Assembly: GCA_035525455.1 (NCBI GenBank)
Contig: DATLEF010000209.1
Coordinates: 1 to 63,984, forward strand
Direction: 5' to 3'
DNA: 63,984 nt
Source: Burkholderiales bacterium
Lineage (GTDB): Bacteria > Pseudomonadota > Gammaproteobacteria > Burkholderiales > SG8-41
In this document: positions 22,120 to 31,553 of the stretch, piece after piece
Position numbering within the stretch: the first letter of the stretch is position 1
How the letters are laid out: the number at the start of each line of letters is the position of its first letter
Position numbers and translations under genes: made by a program
The notes under the pieces: model-generated
The model's database searches: none
The model's input: only the letters and a program-made list of their open reading frames with translations
Told to the model about the DNA's origin: nothing

Positions 22120-23493
22120 ATGTCGCAGCACGATCGCATGAGCCCTCTCGAGCTGCGCGCAAGCATCGGGCTCGCGAGCATTTTCGGATTGCGGCTGCTG
22201 GGCATGTTCGTGATCCTTCCGGTTTTCGCCATTTATGCAGAGCGCCTGCCCGGGGGTAACGATCTCACGCTCGTCGGTATCGCAATCGGTGCCTATGGCC
22301 TCACCCAGGCGGTGCTGCAGATTCCTTTCGGCTGGTGGTCGGACCGGTACGGCCGGAAACCGGTGATCTATGTGGGCCTCGCGATTTTTGCGGCTGGCAG
22401 TTTTGTCGCCGCGGCGGCAGGGGATATTTACATCGTCATACTCGGGCGCGTGCTACAGGGCGCCGGCGCAATTTCTGCCGCAGTAATGGCAATGGCGGCA
22501 GATCTCACGCGCGACGAACACCGTACCAAGGCAATGGCGATGATCGGCTCGACGATCGGGCTTTCCTTTGCGCTGTCGCTGATCGCAAGCCCGTGGCTCA
22601 ACGATCGCATCGGGGTACCTGGGCTCTTTGCGCTGACGGGCTTTCTTGCAATGGCTGCCGTATTAGTCGTGTGGCGTGTCGTTCCTGATGTCGTTGAGAT
22701 CCGTGCGCCGCGCGCCGGCGCACTCCGCGAATTCTGGACCATTCTTGGCGATGCGCAGCTCGCCCGGCTGAACTACGGCATTTTCGCGTTGCACGCCGTG
22801 CTCATGGCGCTCTTTATCGTCGTTCCTTTCGCGCTGCGCGACGCAGGCTTGCCTTTGAGCCAGCACTGGAAAGTTTATCTACCGGTCATGCTCGCCTCCT
22901 TCGTGTTGATGTTGCCGCCGATCATGGCTCAAGGCCGCGGAGGGCACCTGAAGCTTTACTTCAGCGGATCGGTCGCGCTCATACTTGCCGCGCACATCGC
23001 GCTACCCTGGCTCGACAGCGGCGTGCTGACGCTCGCGTTTTTCCTATTGTTGTTTTTCACGCCGTTCAACGTGCTGGAAGCTCTGCTGCCCTCACTCACA
23101 TCAAGACTGGCGCCGCCAGGCACGAAAGGCGTAGCGATAGGGCTCTACAGCAGCATCCAGTTCTTCGGCACGTTTGTCGGCGCGGCCGGCGGCGGCTATG
23201 CCTATGGCAGATGGGGCCTGACAGGTGTCGTCATCGCGGACGTGGTGTTGCTCGTTATATGGTTGGTGTTGTCCCTGAAGATGCGGACGCCGGTTGTCCT
23301 GAGCACGCGTACGTATATCGTGCCCCGGCTGGACGCGCGCAGCGCCGAAACGCTGACGGCACGCTTGCGCTCATTGTCCGGCGTGCATGATGTGCGCGTC
23401 GTGGCGGGCGAAAGCACCGCGTTCCTGACGGTGGACAGCGGCGTTTTTGACGAACACAATGTATTGAACGCGATAACCGAAAAGGCAGGCTGA
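22120..23493 (+). CDS. MFS transporter, YajR-like with a C-terminal YAM-type domain
   Basis: 12-TM MFS ([14 protein letters not shown] motif) plus a soluble ~65-aa C-terminal domain. It sits in the conserved uvrA-MFS-ssb position. Confidence 0.85.
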   Translation: MSQHDRMSPLELRASIGLASIFGLRLLGMFVILPVFAIYAERLPGGNDLTLVGIAIGAYGLTQAVLQIPFGWWSDRYGRKPVIYVGLAIFAAGSFVAAAAGDIYIVILGRVLQGAGAISAAVMAMAADLTRDEHRTKAMAMIGSTIGLSFALSLIASPWLNDRIGVPGLFALTGFLAMAAVLVVWRVVPDVVEIRAPRAGALREFWTILGDAQLARLNYGIFALHAVLMALFIVVPFALRDAGLPLSQHWKVYLPVMLASFVLMLPPIMAQGRGGHLKLYFSGSVALILAAHIALPWLDSGVLTLAFFLLLFFTPFNVLEALLPSLTSRLAPPGTKGVAIGLYSSIQFFGTFVGAAGGGYAYGRWGLTGVVIADVVLLVIWLVLSLKMRTPVVLSTRTYIVPRLDARSAETLTARLRSLSGVHDVRVVAGESTAFLTVDSGVFDEHNVLNAITEKAG

Positions 23494-23494
23494 C

Positions 23495-23941
23495 ATGGCA
23501 TCGGTAAACAAAGTGATACTTATCGGCAACCTGGGCGCAGATCCGGAAACACGCTATTTGCCGAGTGGTGACGCAGTCACGAACATACGGATCGCGACGA
23601 CGGATACCTGGAAAGACAAAAGTGGCGAGAAGCAGGAGCACACCGAATGGCATCGCGTAGCGTTCTTCGGCAAGCTCGCCGAAATCGCCGGTGAGTATCT
23701 GAAAAAAGGCTCGCCGTGCTACGTCGAAGGTCGCATACGCACGCGCAAGTGGCAGGACAAAGAAGGGCAGGAGCGCTATTCGACCGAAATCGTCGCCGAC
23801 CGCATGCAGCTACTCGGCGGGAGAAGCGGCGGCGCGGATGCCATGAACCGCGAACCCGCTACGGCAGCCGCCGGTGGCACGAAAACGCCCGCTAAAAAGG
23901 GCGGCGCCTTCGACGAGATGGACGACGATATTCCGTTTTAG
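23495..23941 (+). CDS. ssb: Single-stranded DNA-binding protein
   Basis: [28 protein letters not shown]...[14 protein letters not shown]... with the C-terminal DDDIPF tip. Confidence 0.97.
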   Translation: MASVNKVILIGNLGADPETRYLPSGDAVTNIRIATTDTWKDKSGEKQEHTEWHRVAFFGKLAEIAGEYLKKGSPCYVEGRIRTRKWQDKEGQERYSTEIVADRMQLLGGRSGGADAMNREPATAAAGGTKTPAKKGGAFDEMDDDIPF

Positions 23942-23957
23942 GTTCGTTGCGTTGCCG

Positions 23958-25130
23958 TCATGCGGCCGGCCAGGCATCCGACGGGGAGCGCTCCTGCGGC
24001 CTGCCGCCAGAGCGACCGAACGCCTGTAGCAACATCGCCCCCATTCCTCCAGCTGCAGCCAGTATCAAGACCAGCGGACCCGCGTACGGCACGCTGCCCG
24101 CAAGTGCAAGCAACACGAGCGCGGCTGCGAGGAACAGCAAGTCCCAGTTGCGTGCGCCGGGTGCGCGTCTGAACACTTGCGCACTTTTCTCGGCGAGCAG
24201 GAAGGCTGTCACCAGATAGCCCGTCAGCAGCCCCAGAATGTGGCACGCGGCGACGAAAATCCCCAGCGGTATCCCGATAATTGTGATCATGAGCAGTACG
24301 ACGACAGGCGGCACGCTGAAGAAAAGCACCGTGCCCAGGCCCAGGCTTTTCGCAGGCGCCGTCGTCAGAACGTGCACTGACCGGCGCACGAAGTTCTGCC
24401 AAAGCGCGTACAACAGCAGCCCTGCTGCGAACAGACTCGCCAGCAGCAAAGGGCGCAATGGCTTTGCTGCCAGGAGGCCGGTCTCCGACTCCCGCGATGC
24501 GGCCTGACCTCCAGTCCGCGATACTTTGCCTGTAACCTGTGCTTTGGAACTGATGATAATTGCGCGCGCGCTCGAATAACCAAGGTCCCCATGTATGCGG
24601 GCGGAGTCGCCAATTTCGATACTGTCAGCGACGATTTCGAGCGGGCCGTAAGTCGCGCCTTCGATCCGCACGTGGCGGCCGTATATCTTCATGCTGGAGA
24701 ACGCAAGCCCGCCGACCGAAATGTGACTGCCTCCGAGCCATGCGTGGCCGTGCAGCTCCGCATCGCGACCGATCACGATGCGTGCTGCCGCAATCATTAC
24801 TTCGCCGTGCACGCGATTCCCGAGCGTTACGATGCCGCCCGCTGCGCGCAAGTCCTCGCCCACGGGCGCCTGCACGTCGAGCGATCCTGCTCCGAGAATC
24901 GCGTCTCCCGCGATCGGCTTGTCAACGTGCATACGCCCTGCTGCAGCGATCAGGTCGCCATCGACCGGACGGTCGATGCGCACTTCCGCGCCGGTCATAT
25001 ATACGGGCTCTGCGGCGCGGTCCTCCTCCGCTGCGCGGGCACTGGTCGCCAATAGCAGCAGCCATGAAAACGCCACTGCCCATACCGGGTAGCGGCGGGA
25101 TTGCGCTCGAGGGTGCGTCATCCTTGGCAT
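23958..25130 (-). CDS. Membrane protein with an N-terminal bactofilin-like (polymer-forming, beta-helical repeat) domain and a C-terminal multi-TM domain
   Basis: Signal/anchor WAVAFSWLLLLATSARA. Repeats of the type V.GDL.AAGG.V...V.GD follow, then about 5 hydrophobic helices. Start at ATG 25130 or 25121. Confidence 0.6.
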   Translation of the reverse strand: MPRMTHPRAQSRRYPVWAVAFSWLLLLATSARAAEEDRAAEPVYMTGAEVRIDRPVDGDLIAAAGRMHVDKPIAGDAILGAGSLDVQAPVGEDLRAAGGIVTLGNRVHGEVMIAAARIVIGRDAELHGHAWLGGSHISVGGLAFSSMKIYGRHVRIEGATYGPLEIVADSIEIGDSARIHGDLGYSSARAIIISSKAQVTGKVSRTGGQAASRESETGLLAAKPLRPLLLASLFAAGLLLYALWQNFVRRSVHVLTTAPAKSLGLGTVLFFSVPPVVVLLMITIIGIPLGIFVAACHILGLLTGYLVTAFLLAEKSAQVFRRAPGARNWDLLFLAAALVLLALAGSVPYAGPLVLILAAAGGMGAMLLQAFGRSGGRPQERSPSDAWPAA

Positions 25131-25274
25131 GATCGAACTTCGGTGAAGACCGATTGTGCCCTGCAATGCGCTAGTTTGCTGTGCCGCTGCTTGCATTCCG
25201 GAAAAACCCTTCATTTCCCGCGTACATACGCTCTAACCGGTTCAGGTATAATAACTTTTTGCTCGGGAGCTTTT

Positions 25275-25595
25275 ATGCCCATTTACGAATATCGCTGCGC
25301 CGCATGCGGATATCAGAAGGAATACTTACAAAAAGTGAGCGATCCGTTGCTCACCGATTGTCCCGATTGCGGCAAATCCACTCTTGGCAAACTTTTGAGC
25401 GCTGCCGGATTCCAACTCAAGGGCAGCGGTTGGTATGCGACCGATTTCCGGAACAAAGGCGCGCAGCCCAAAGCGGACAAGGAGAAAAGCGAAGCCGCCG
25501 AACCGAAAAAGGAAGACAAGTCCGAAGCCGCCGAACCGAAAAAGCAAGACAAGTCCGAACCCGCCGGTACGGGCGCCTGCCCGGCCTGTACCTGA
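25275..25595 (+). CDS. FmdB-family zinc-ribbon protein
   Basis: MPIYEYRCAACGYQKEYLQKVSDPLLTDCPDCGKSTLGKLLSAAGFQLKGSGWY (CxxC...CxxC). It has a Lys/Glu-rich repeat tail. Confidence 0.85.
   Translation: MPIYEYRCAACGYQKEYLQKVSDPLLTDCPDCGKSTLGKLLSAAGFQLKGSGWYATDFRNKGAQPKADKEKSEAAEPKKEDKSEAAEPKKQDKSEPAGTGACPACT
25491..25566 (+). repeat. 33-nt in-frame tandem repeat (2.3 copies) inside the FmdB-family gene
   Basis: gaagccgccgaaccgaaaaaggaagacaagtcc (25491-25523) is repeated at 25524-25556 with one mismatch, followed by a partial third copy. It encodes EAAEPKK(E/Q)DKS. Confidence 0.85.
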
Positions 25596-25717
25596 ATCGA
25601 CGCGGCCTTCCGGCCGTCCCCCTTCCTTAGGTGTCAGGCAGCGCCTCGCGCGCACATGACGCCTGACACTCTTGCCGGCCTTTACAGGATCGCAATTCCT
25701 CGGCTGAAGTCCGCTAC

Positions 25718-26398
25718 ATGCCTCCCAAAAATCCAATCCGCCGCTACCTGATCACCGGCCTTCTGGTGTGGGTGCCGCTGGTCATTACCGTCTGGGTGCT
25801 GACGCTCCTGGTGGGGACGATGGACCAGACGCTGCTGCTGCTCCCGTCAGCGCTACGTCCTGAGCACTGGCTCGGCATCTATATCCCGGGAATGGGCGTA
25901 CTGCTGACGCTGCTCGTCGTATTTCTGACAGGTGTTTTTACGGCGAACATTCTCGGGCAGCGGTTGGTGCGCTTCGGCGAGCGCGCGCTTGCGCGCATAC
26001 CGGTCGTCAATACCATCTATAACGGCGTGAAGCAGGTGAGCGATACGCTTTTCTCGCCGAGCGGTCAGGCATTTCGCAAGGCATTGCTCGTGCAGTGGCC
26101 GAGCCCGGGCATGTGGACGATTGCGTTCATGACCGGGAAGCCGGGCGGCGATGTGATCAATCATCTGCAGGGCGACTACGTCAGCATCTACGTGCCGACC
26201 ACCCCAAATCCAACGGGAGGCTACTTCGTCATGGTTGCACGCAGCGCGGTCATCGAGCTCGACATGTCGGTGGACGAGGCGCTCAAGTACATCATCTCGA
26301 TGGGTGTCGTCGCTCCAGGGCACCGCACGCGCTTGTCCGTGCCGTTAGCGAGGCCCGAGCCTGCAAGCGAGGGACATGCGCAGACCGTGAACCGGTAG
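25718..26398 (+). CDS. DUF502 domain-containing membrane protein
   Basis: Two N-terminal TM helices; IPVVNTIYNGVKQVSDTLF...YVPTTPNPTGGYFVMV motifs. It occupies the conserved position upstream of aspS. Confidence 0.8.
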   Translation: MPPKNPIRRYLITGLLVWVPLVITVWVLTLLVGTMDQTLLLLPSALRPEHWLGIYIPGMGVLLTLLVVFLTGVFTANILGQRLVRFGERALARIPVVNTIYNGVKQVSDTLFSPSGQAFRKALLVQWPSPGMWTIAFMTGKPGGDVINHLQGDYVSIYVPTTPNPTGGYFVMVARSAVIELDMSVDEALKYIISMGVVAPGHRTRLSVPLARPEPASEGHAQTVNR

Positions 26399-26434
26399 TG
26401 CGGCTGCAGTTCGGTCTATTACTTTCAAGAAACC

Positions 26435-28216
26435 ATGCGTACTGAATATTGCGGCCGTGTGAGCCGCGCACAGCTGGGGCAGACGGTGACGCTTTGCGGA
26501 TGGGTCCACCGGCGGCGCGATCACGGAGGTGTCATCTTCGTCGACATGCGTGACCGCGAAGGTCTCGTCCAAATCGTATGCGATCCCGACACGCCCGAAA
26601 CTTTCGGCGTGGCAGATAAGCTGCGCAGCGAGTTCGTATTGCAAGTGACCGGGCGCGTGCGCGAGCGTCCCGCGGGCACGGTAAATCCAAATCTCGTGAG
26701 CGGTGAAATCGAGGTTCTTGCCAGCGACATCGAAATTCTGAATCCGTCCCTGACGCCGCCTTTCCAAATGGACGAGGAGCACCTCTCGGAAACGGTGCGG
26801 CTCGAATACCGCTTTCTCGATTTGCGGCGCCCGCAGATGCAGAAAAATCTGCGTTTGCGCTACCGGACGGCGATGGCCGTGCGCAAGTTTCTCGATCGCG
26901 AAGGCTTCCTGGACATTGAAACGCCGATGCTCACCCGCTCGACGCCCGAGGGCGCACGCGATTACTTGGTGCCCTCCCGCGTGCATCCAGGACTGTTCTT
27001 CGCGCTGCCGCAGTCGCCGCAGCTTTTCAAACAGCTGCTGATGATCTCGGGCTTCGATCGCTACTATCAGATCGTAAAGTGTTTCCGCGACGAAGACTTG
27101 CGCGCTGACCGCCAGCCGGAATTCACGCAGATCGACATCGAGACGTCCTTTCTCGACCAGAACGAAATCATCGCGCTCATGGAAGAGCTCATGCGCGAGA
27201 CATTCAGGGAAGTCCTCGAGGTCGAGCTGCCGAAGCCTTTTCCCCGCATGGCGTACGACGAGGCCATGGCGTTATATGGGTCGGATAAGCCGGACCTGCG
27301 CATCCCGCTCACATTGACCGATCTCACCGACGTCATGAAAGGGGTCGAATTCAAAGTTTTTCGCGATGCGGCGACGCTGAGCGGCGGTCGTGTCGCGGCG
27401 CTGCGGGTGCCCAATGGCGGAACGCTTACGCGCAGCGAGATCGACGGTTATACGGAGTTCGTCAAGATCTATGGTGCAAAAGGCCTGGCCTATATCAAGG
27501 TCAATGCACTCAGCAAAGGTGTTGAAGGATTGCAGTCGCCGATACTGAAATTCCTCTCGCCTCAAGTCGTCTCGCAAATAATCGAACGCACTGGCGCGCA
27601 GGACGGAGATCTCGTTTTCTTCGGCGCAGACAAGGCCAAGATCGTCAACGAATCGCTGGGAGCGCTGCGCCTGAAAGTCGGGCAGGATCGCGATCTCGTC
27701 GAGCCCGGCTGGCGGCCGCTGTGGGTCCTCGATTTTCCGATGTTCGAGTGGGACCAGGAGGGTGACCGCTGGTCCGCCATGCATCATCCTTTCACGGCGC
27801 CTGCCGACGGCCACGAAGACCTGCTCGGAACCGATCCCGGCCGCGCTCGAGCGAAAGCGCACGACATGGTGCTGAATGGCTGGGAAATCGGTGGCGGCTC
27901 GGTGCGCATTCATCGACAGGACGTGCAATCGAAGGTATTTCGCGCGCTGAAGATCAGCGAAGACGAGGCTGAAGCGAAGTTCGGATTCCTGCTGCAAGCG
28001 CTGCAGTACGGCGCTCCGCCGCATGGCGGCATTGCGTTCGGGCTCGATCGAATCGTTACGTTGATGGCGGGCGCGGAATCGATACGCGACGTCATCGCGT
28101 TTCCGAAAACGCAGCGCGCACAGGATCTGCTCACGCATGCGCCGAATACGGTGGACGAGCAGCAACTGCGCGAGCTGCACATCCGGCTGCGGCAAACCGA
28201 ACCCCGGAAAAGCTGA
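26435..28216 (+). CDS. aspS: Aspartate--tRNA ligase
   Basis: 593 aa; [41 protein letters not shown] and GGGSVRIH motifs of class IIb AspRS. Confidence 0.97.
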   Translation: MRTEYCGRVSRAQLGQTVTLCGWVHRRRDHGGVIFVDMRDREGLVQIVCDPDTPETFGVADKLRSEFVLQVTGRVRERPAGTVNPNLVSGEIEVLASDIEILNPSLTPPFQMDEEHLSETVRLEYRFLDLRRPQMQKNLRLRYRTAMAVRKFLDREGFLDIETPMLTRSTPEGARDYLVPSRVHPGLFFALPQSPQLFKQLLMISGFDRYYQIVKCFRDEDLRADRQPEFTQIDIETSFLDQNEIIALMEELMRETFREVLEVELPKPFPRMAYDEAMALYGSDKPDLRIPLTLTDLTDVMKGVEFKVFRDAATLSGGRVAALRVPNGGTLTRSEIDGYTEFVKIYGAKGLAYIKVNALSKGVEGLQSPILKFLSPQVVSQIIERTGAQDGDLVFFGADKAKIVNESLGALRLKVGQDRDLVEPGWRPLWVLDFPMFEWDQEGDRWSAMHHPFTAPADGHEDLLGTDPGRARAKAHDMVLNGWEIGGGSVRIHRQDVQSKVFRALKISEDEAEAKFGFLLQALQYGAPPHGGIAFGLDRIVTLMAGAESIRDVIAFPKTQRAQDLLTHAPNTVDEQQLRELHIRLRQTEPRKS

Positions 28217-28238
28217 AGCCGAAGCACACGAGGCACGT

Positions 28239-28634
28239 GTGAAGCGGGAGTCATCTTGCAATCGTTCACTCGTGCCGCTTGTCGCCGTAGTCATCGCGCT
28301 GGTTTGTGTTGCGGCACCAGCAGCTGCACCTCGCGCGACTGATACATCGCACCAGCAGCTGCCGGTCGTCCGCCTCGCGGACCTGCCGTACGAAGCGCGA
28401 CAGACGCTGCGGCTGATCGGGAGGGGCGGGCCTTTCCCCTATGAGCGCGACGGCGTCGTGTTCGGAAATTTCGAGCGGCTGCTGCCGAGGCGCGAACGCG
28501 GATACTATCGCGAATACACAGTCCCCACCCCCGCGCTCAATCATCGCGGCGCACGGCGCCTAGTCGTGGGCCGAGGAGGCGAGTTGTATTACACCGACGA
28601 TCACTATCGGACGTTCCGTCAGGTTCGCGAGTGA
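28239..28634 (+). CDS. Secreted guanyl-specific ribonuclease (RNase Sa/barnase/N1-T1 family)
   Basis: GTG at 28239 with a GAGG Shine-Dalgarno gives a signal peptide (KRESSCNRSLVPLVAVVIALVCVAAPAAA). LPYEARQTLRLIGRGGPFPYERDGVVFGNFERLLP...YYREYTV...YYTDDHYRTF aligns with RNase Sa. Confidence 0.85.
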   Translation: MKRESSCNRSLVPLVAVVIALVCVAAPAAAPRATDTSHQQLPVVRLADLPYEARQTLRLIGRGGPFPYERDGVVFGNFERLLPRRERGYYREYTVPTPALNHRGARRLVVGRGGELYYTDDHYRTFRQVRE

Positions 28635-29047
28635 AGAAAGCCCCCTTGCCGGCACCGGCACTCTCGGGGGCCTACCATGCGCCCGCTCATGTCGCGGCGG
28701 TGCGCGAAAGCCTGGAAAGAAGCGGCGCGCGTTGGGTGGATATCGATCTCACCACGGCGCGCACGAAGGCCGAGCTCATGGCGGCGCTCGGTCGGAACAT
28801 CGCGGCCCCCGCTGATTTTGGCCACAACTGGGACGCGCTGGCAGACGTGTTGCAGGACTTGTCGTGGCAGTCGGCGAGCGCCTATGTGCTGCATGTGCGC
28901 GAGTGCGCGGCAGCGTCCCGTGCGTTGGGCCGCGACTGGGCGACTCTGCTTGAAATCCTCGCTGAGAGCGCCATGTACTGGAAGAGACGGCGCAAACCTT
29001 TCGTTGTGCTGGTCGATGACGCCGCAGAGCTTCCGCCGTGGATATAA
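28631..29047 (+). CDS. Barstar-family ribonuclease inhibitor
   Basis: GTGA overlap with the RNase stop. The ...APADFGHNWDALADVLQDL... motif corresponds to barstar YGENLDALWDCLTG. Confidence 0.8.
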   Translation: MKKAPLPAPALSGAYHAPAHVAAVRESLERSGARWVDIDLTTARTKAELMAALGRNIAAPADFGHNWDALADVLQDLSWQSASAYVLHVRECAAASRALGRDWATLLEILAESAMYWKRRRKPFVVLVDDAAELPPWI

Positions 29048-29511
29048 GCTCAAAAACGTACAAGCAACCGATTTCGGTGCTGGTGATCGTTCACACGCCG
29101 GACTTGCAGGTCCTGTTGCTCGAGCGCGCCGATCGGCCCGGTTTTTGGCAATCGGTCACCGGGAGCCAGCTCGAGGGCGAGACGCTGGAGCGGACGGCGC
29201 TGCGCGAGCTCGCGGAAGAGACGGGCATCGATGCGAGCCGGTACGGACTGATCGACTGGCAGCAACAGAACCGTTACGAAATTTATCTGCGGTGGCGCCA
29301 CCGTTATGCGCCTGGCGTCACGCACAACACAGAGCACGTGTTTGCTGTCGAAGTACCGGGGCCGCTGGACATCGTGCTGGCACCGCGAGAGCACCTGGCT
29401 TACGCATGGCTCCCATGTCATGAGGCCGCCGAGAAGGCTTTCTCATGGAGCAACGCTGAGGCGATCCGCGAGTTGCCGCGGCGAATTTCCGCAGTGCAGT
29501 CGGGAACTTAG
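29038..29511 (+). CDS. nudB: Dihydroneopterin triphosphate diphosphatase (Nudix)
   Basis: YKQPISVLVIVH...PGFWQSVTGSQLEGETLERTALRELAEETGI...HRYAPGVTHNTEHVF...HLAYAWL aligns along its length with E. coli NudB. GTG start. Confidence 0.88.
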   Translation: MDISSKTYKQPISVLVIVHTPDLQVLLLERADRPGFWQSVTGSQLEGETLERTALRELAEETGIDASRYGLIDWQQQNRYEIYLRWRHRYAPGVTHNTEHVFAVEVPGPLDIVLAPREHLAYAWLPCHEAAEKAFSWSNAEAIRELPRRISAVQSGT

Positions 29512-29649
29512 CCGCCTCTCTGCAGGTCGCATGCTGTCTTGCTAGTGTTGCGTGCGACCGAACGCGCGCGCTGTCGCTGCAAAGTGGCATTTTTAGTGCT
29601 TTATGGTATGTTCGATCTTTGCTGTCGCTCCGAGGGACGCGTGAGAGGC

Positions 29650-30747
29650 ATGGAAGCAACCACGATCGGTTTTGACCATTTCAAGACGCTGGCGGACGAA
29701 GCGTGTGACGCGCGTATCGTCGCGGCCAAGCGAGCGCTGGGTAAGCGCGCCGTAATACTCGGCCATCACTACCAGCGCGCGGATGTGTACAAACACGCGG
29801 AGCTTACCGGCGATTCATTGCGGTTGTCCAAACTCGCGGCGCAGGCCGACGCCGAATACATCGTGTTCTGCGGCGTGCATTTCATGGCGGAAGTTGCGGA
29901 TGTTTTATCGAAGCCGCATCAGAAAGTCGTTCTTCCGGACCTGAGCGCCGGGTGCTCGATGGCGGATATGGCGAACCTCGCAAAGGTCGAGCGTGCGTGG
30001 CGCGAAATCGCGGAGGTGCTCGATCCGGACGAAAAAATCACGCCGGTCACGTACATCAATTCGGCGGCCGACCTGAAGGCGTTCTGCGGCGAGCACGGCG
30101 GTATCGTATGTACGTCGACCAACGCGCGTCCGATTCTGCAATGGGCGCTCGGCAGGCGCGAGAAAGTGCTGTTCTTTCCCGATCAGCATCTCGGTCGCTG
30201 GACCGGTTACCTCATGGACATTCCGCTGGCCGAGATGCTCGTATGGGACCCCGATGAGCCTATGGGCGGGCTCACGCCTCAGCAGATCAAGATGGCGAAA
30301 ATCCTGCTTTGGAAAGGCCACTGCTCGGTGCATCAGATGTTCCAGGCACAGCACGTGCTGCGCTGGCGTCAGCAGAACCCGAGCGGCATGGTCATCAGCC
30401 ACCCCGAATGCAATTTCGAAGTGTGCAAGCTTTCGGATTACGTCGGCTCGACCGATTTCATCATCAAGACGATCGCGTCGAGCGCGCCGGGCACGCGCTG
30501 GCTCGTCGGCACCGAGTTGAATCTGGTTAATCGCATCGCGGAAGAATTCAAGCCGCAGGGCAAGGTCGTCCAGTTCATGGCACCTACGGTATGCATGTGC
30601 TCGACGATGGCGAGAATCGACCCGCAGCACCTCGCCTGGAGCCTCGAAAACCTTGTGGCAGGCAAAGTCGTGAACCAGATCAAAGTGCCGGCTCACGAAG
30701 CCGAGCTCGCTCGGATCGCGCTCGATCGAATGCTGGCCGTCTCCTGA
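29650..30747 (+). CDS. nadA: Quinolinate synthase NadA
   Basis: ATG at 29650 with a GAGAGG Shine-Dalgarno. ILGHHYQRADVYKHAELTGDSL, FCGVHFMAE, YINSAADLKAF and the conserved Cys ligands (GCSMA, GHCSVH, CMCSTM). Confidence 0.9.
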   Translation: MEATTIGFDHFKTLADEACDARIVAAKRALGKRAVILGHHYQRADVYKHAELTGDSLRLSKLAAQADAEYIVFCGVHFMAEVADVLSKPHQKVVLPDLSAGCSMADMANLAKVERAWREIAEVLDPDEKITPVTYINSAADLKAFCGEHGGIVCTSTNARPILQWALGRREKVLFFPDQHLGRWTGYLMDIPLAEMLVWDPDEPMGGLTPQQIKMAKILLWKGHCSVHQMFQAQHVLRWRQQNPSGMVISHPECNFEVCKLSDYVGSTDFIIKTIASSAPGTRWLVGTELNLVNRIAEEFKPQGKVVQFMAPTVCMCSTMARIDPQHLAWSLENLVAGKVVNQIKVPAHEAELARIALDRMLAVS

Positions 30748-30794
30748 CGGCAATCATCACCGATTCACCGTTGTGCGCGTGACGTGGGCCGAAC

Positions 30795-31553
30795 GTGACA
30801 CGCAGTCTGCAGGTCGTAACGTACAACATCCACAAAGGGCTGTCCCTTTTCAATCGGCGGCTGGTCATACATGAGCTGCGCGATCGTCTGCGTACCCTCG
30901 GCGCCGACATCGTTTTTCTGCAGGAAGTACAGGGCACCAACGAGCGCAACGCCGCACGCCACGGCGACTGGCCTGCGGAGCCCCAGTACGAGTTTCTGGC
31001 CGATACCATGTGGGGAGATTTTGCGTACGGGCGCAACGCCGTCTACGACCATGGGCATCACGGCAATGCAATCCTGTCGCGCTTTCCCATCCAGCGCTGG
31101 GACAATCAGGACGTCTCGGCCCATCGCTTCGAGCGGCGTGGGTTGCTCCACTGCGAGCTCGAGGTGCCCGGCTGGAATACGTCGCTGCATTGCGTTTGCG
31201 TACATCTGGCGCTGACAGCAAGGGGAAGAAGCCGCCAGCTCGAACGCCTGCGTCAACGCATCGAACGCCTCGTGCCTTCGCATGCGCCCCTGATTGTCGC
31301 GGGCGATTTCAACGACTGGCACTGGCGTTACAAAGCGACACACGAGCTTGCGCACCCGCTCAACATGCATGAAGTGTTCGAGCTTCTGAAAGGCATGCCG
31401 GCGCGCAGCTTTCCGGCCATGCTGCCACTCTTCCGACTCGACCGCATCTACGTACGCGGCTTTCGCGTCAGGCGTGCGCACGTGCACCATGGCCCGATCT
31501 GGGGCCGGATCTCCGACCATGCCGTGCTCACGACCACGCTCGAGCGGCTATGA
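30795..31553 (+). CDS. Endonuclease/exonuclease/phosphatase family protein (YbhP-like)
   Basis: VVTYNIHKG...DIVFLQEV...GNAILSRFP...GDFNDW...SDHAVL motifs. It precedes clsB, as in E. coli ybhP-clsB. Confidence 0.85.
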   Translation: MTRSLQVVTYNIHKGLSLFNRRLVIHELRDRLRTLGADIVFLQEVQGTNERNAARHGDWPAEPQYEFLADTMWGDFAYGRNAVYDHGHHGNAILSRFPIQRWDNQDVSAHRFERRGLLHCELEVPGWNTSLHCVCVHLALTARGRSRQLERLRQRIERLVPSHAPLIVAGDFNDWHWRYKATHELAHPLNMHEVFELLKGMPARSFPAMLPLFRLDRIYVRGFRVRRAHVHHGPIWGRISDHAVLTTTLERL

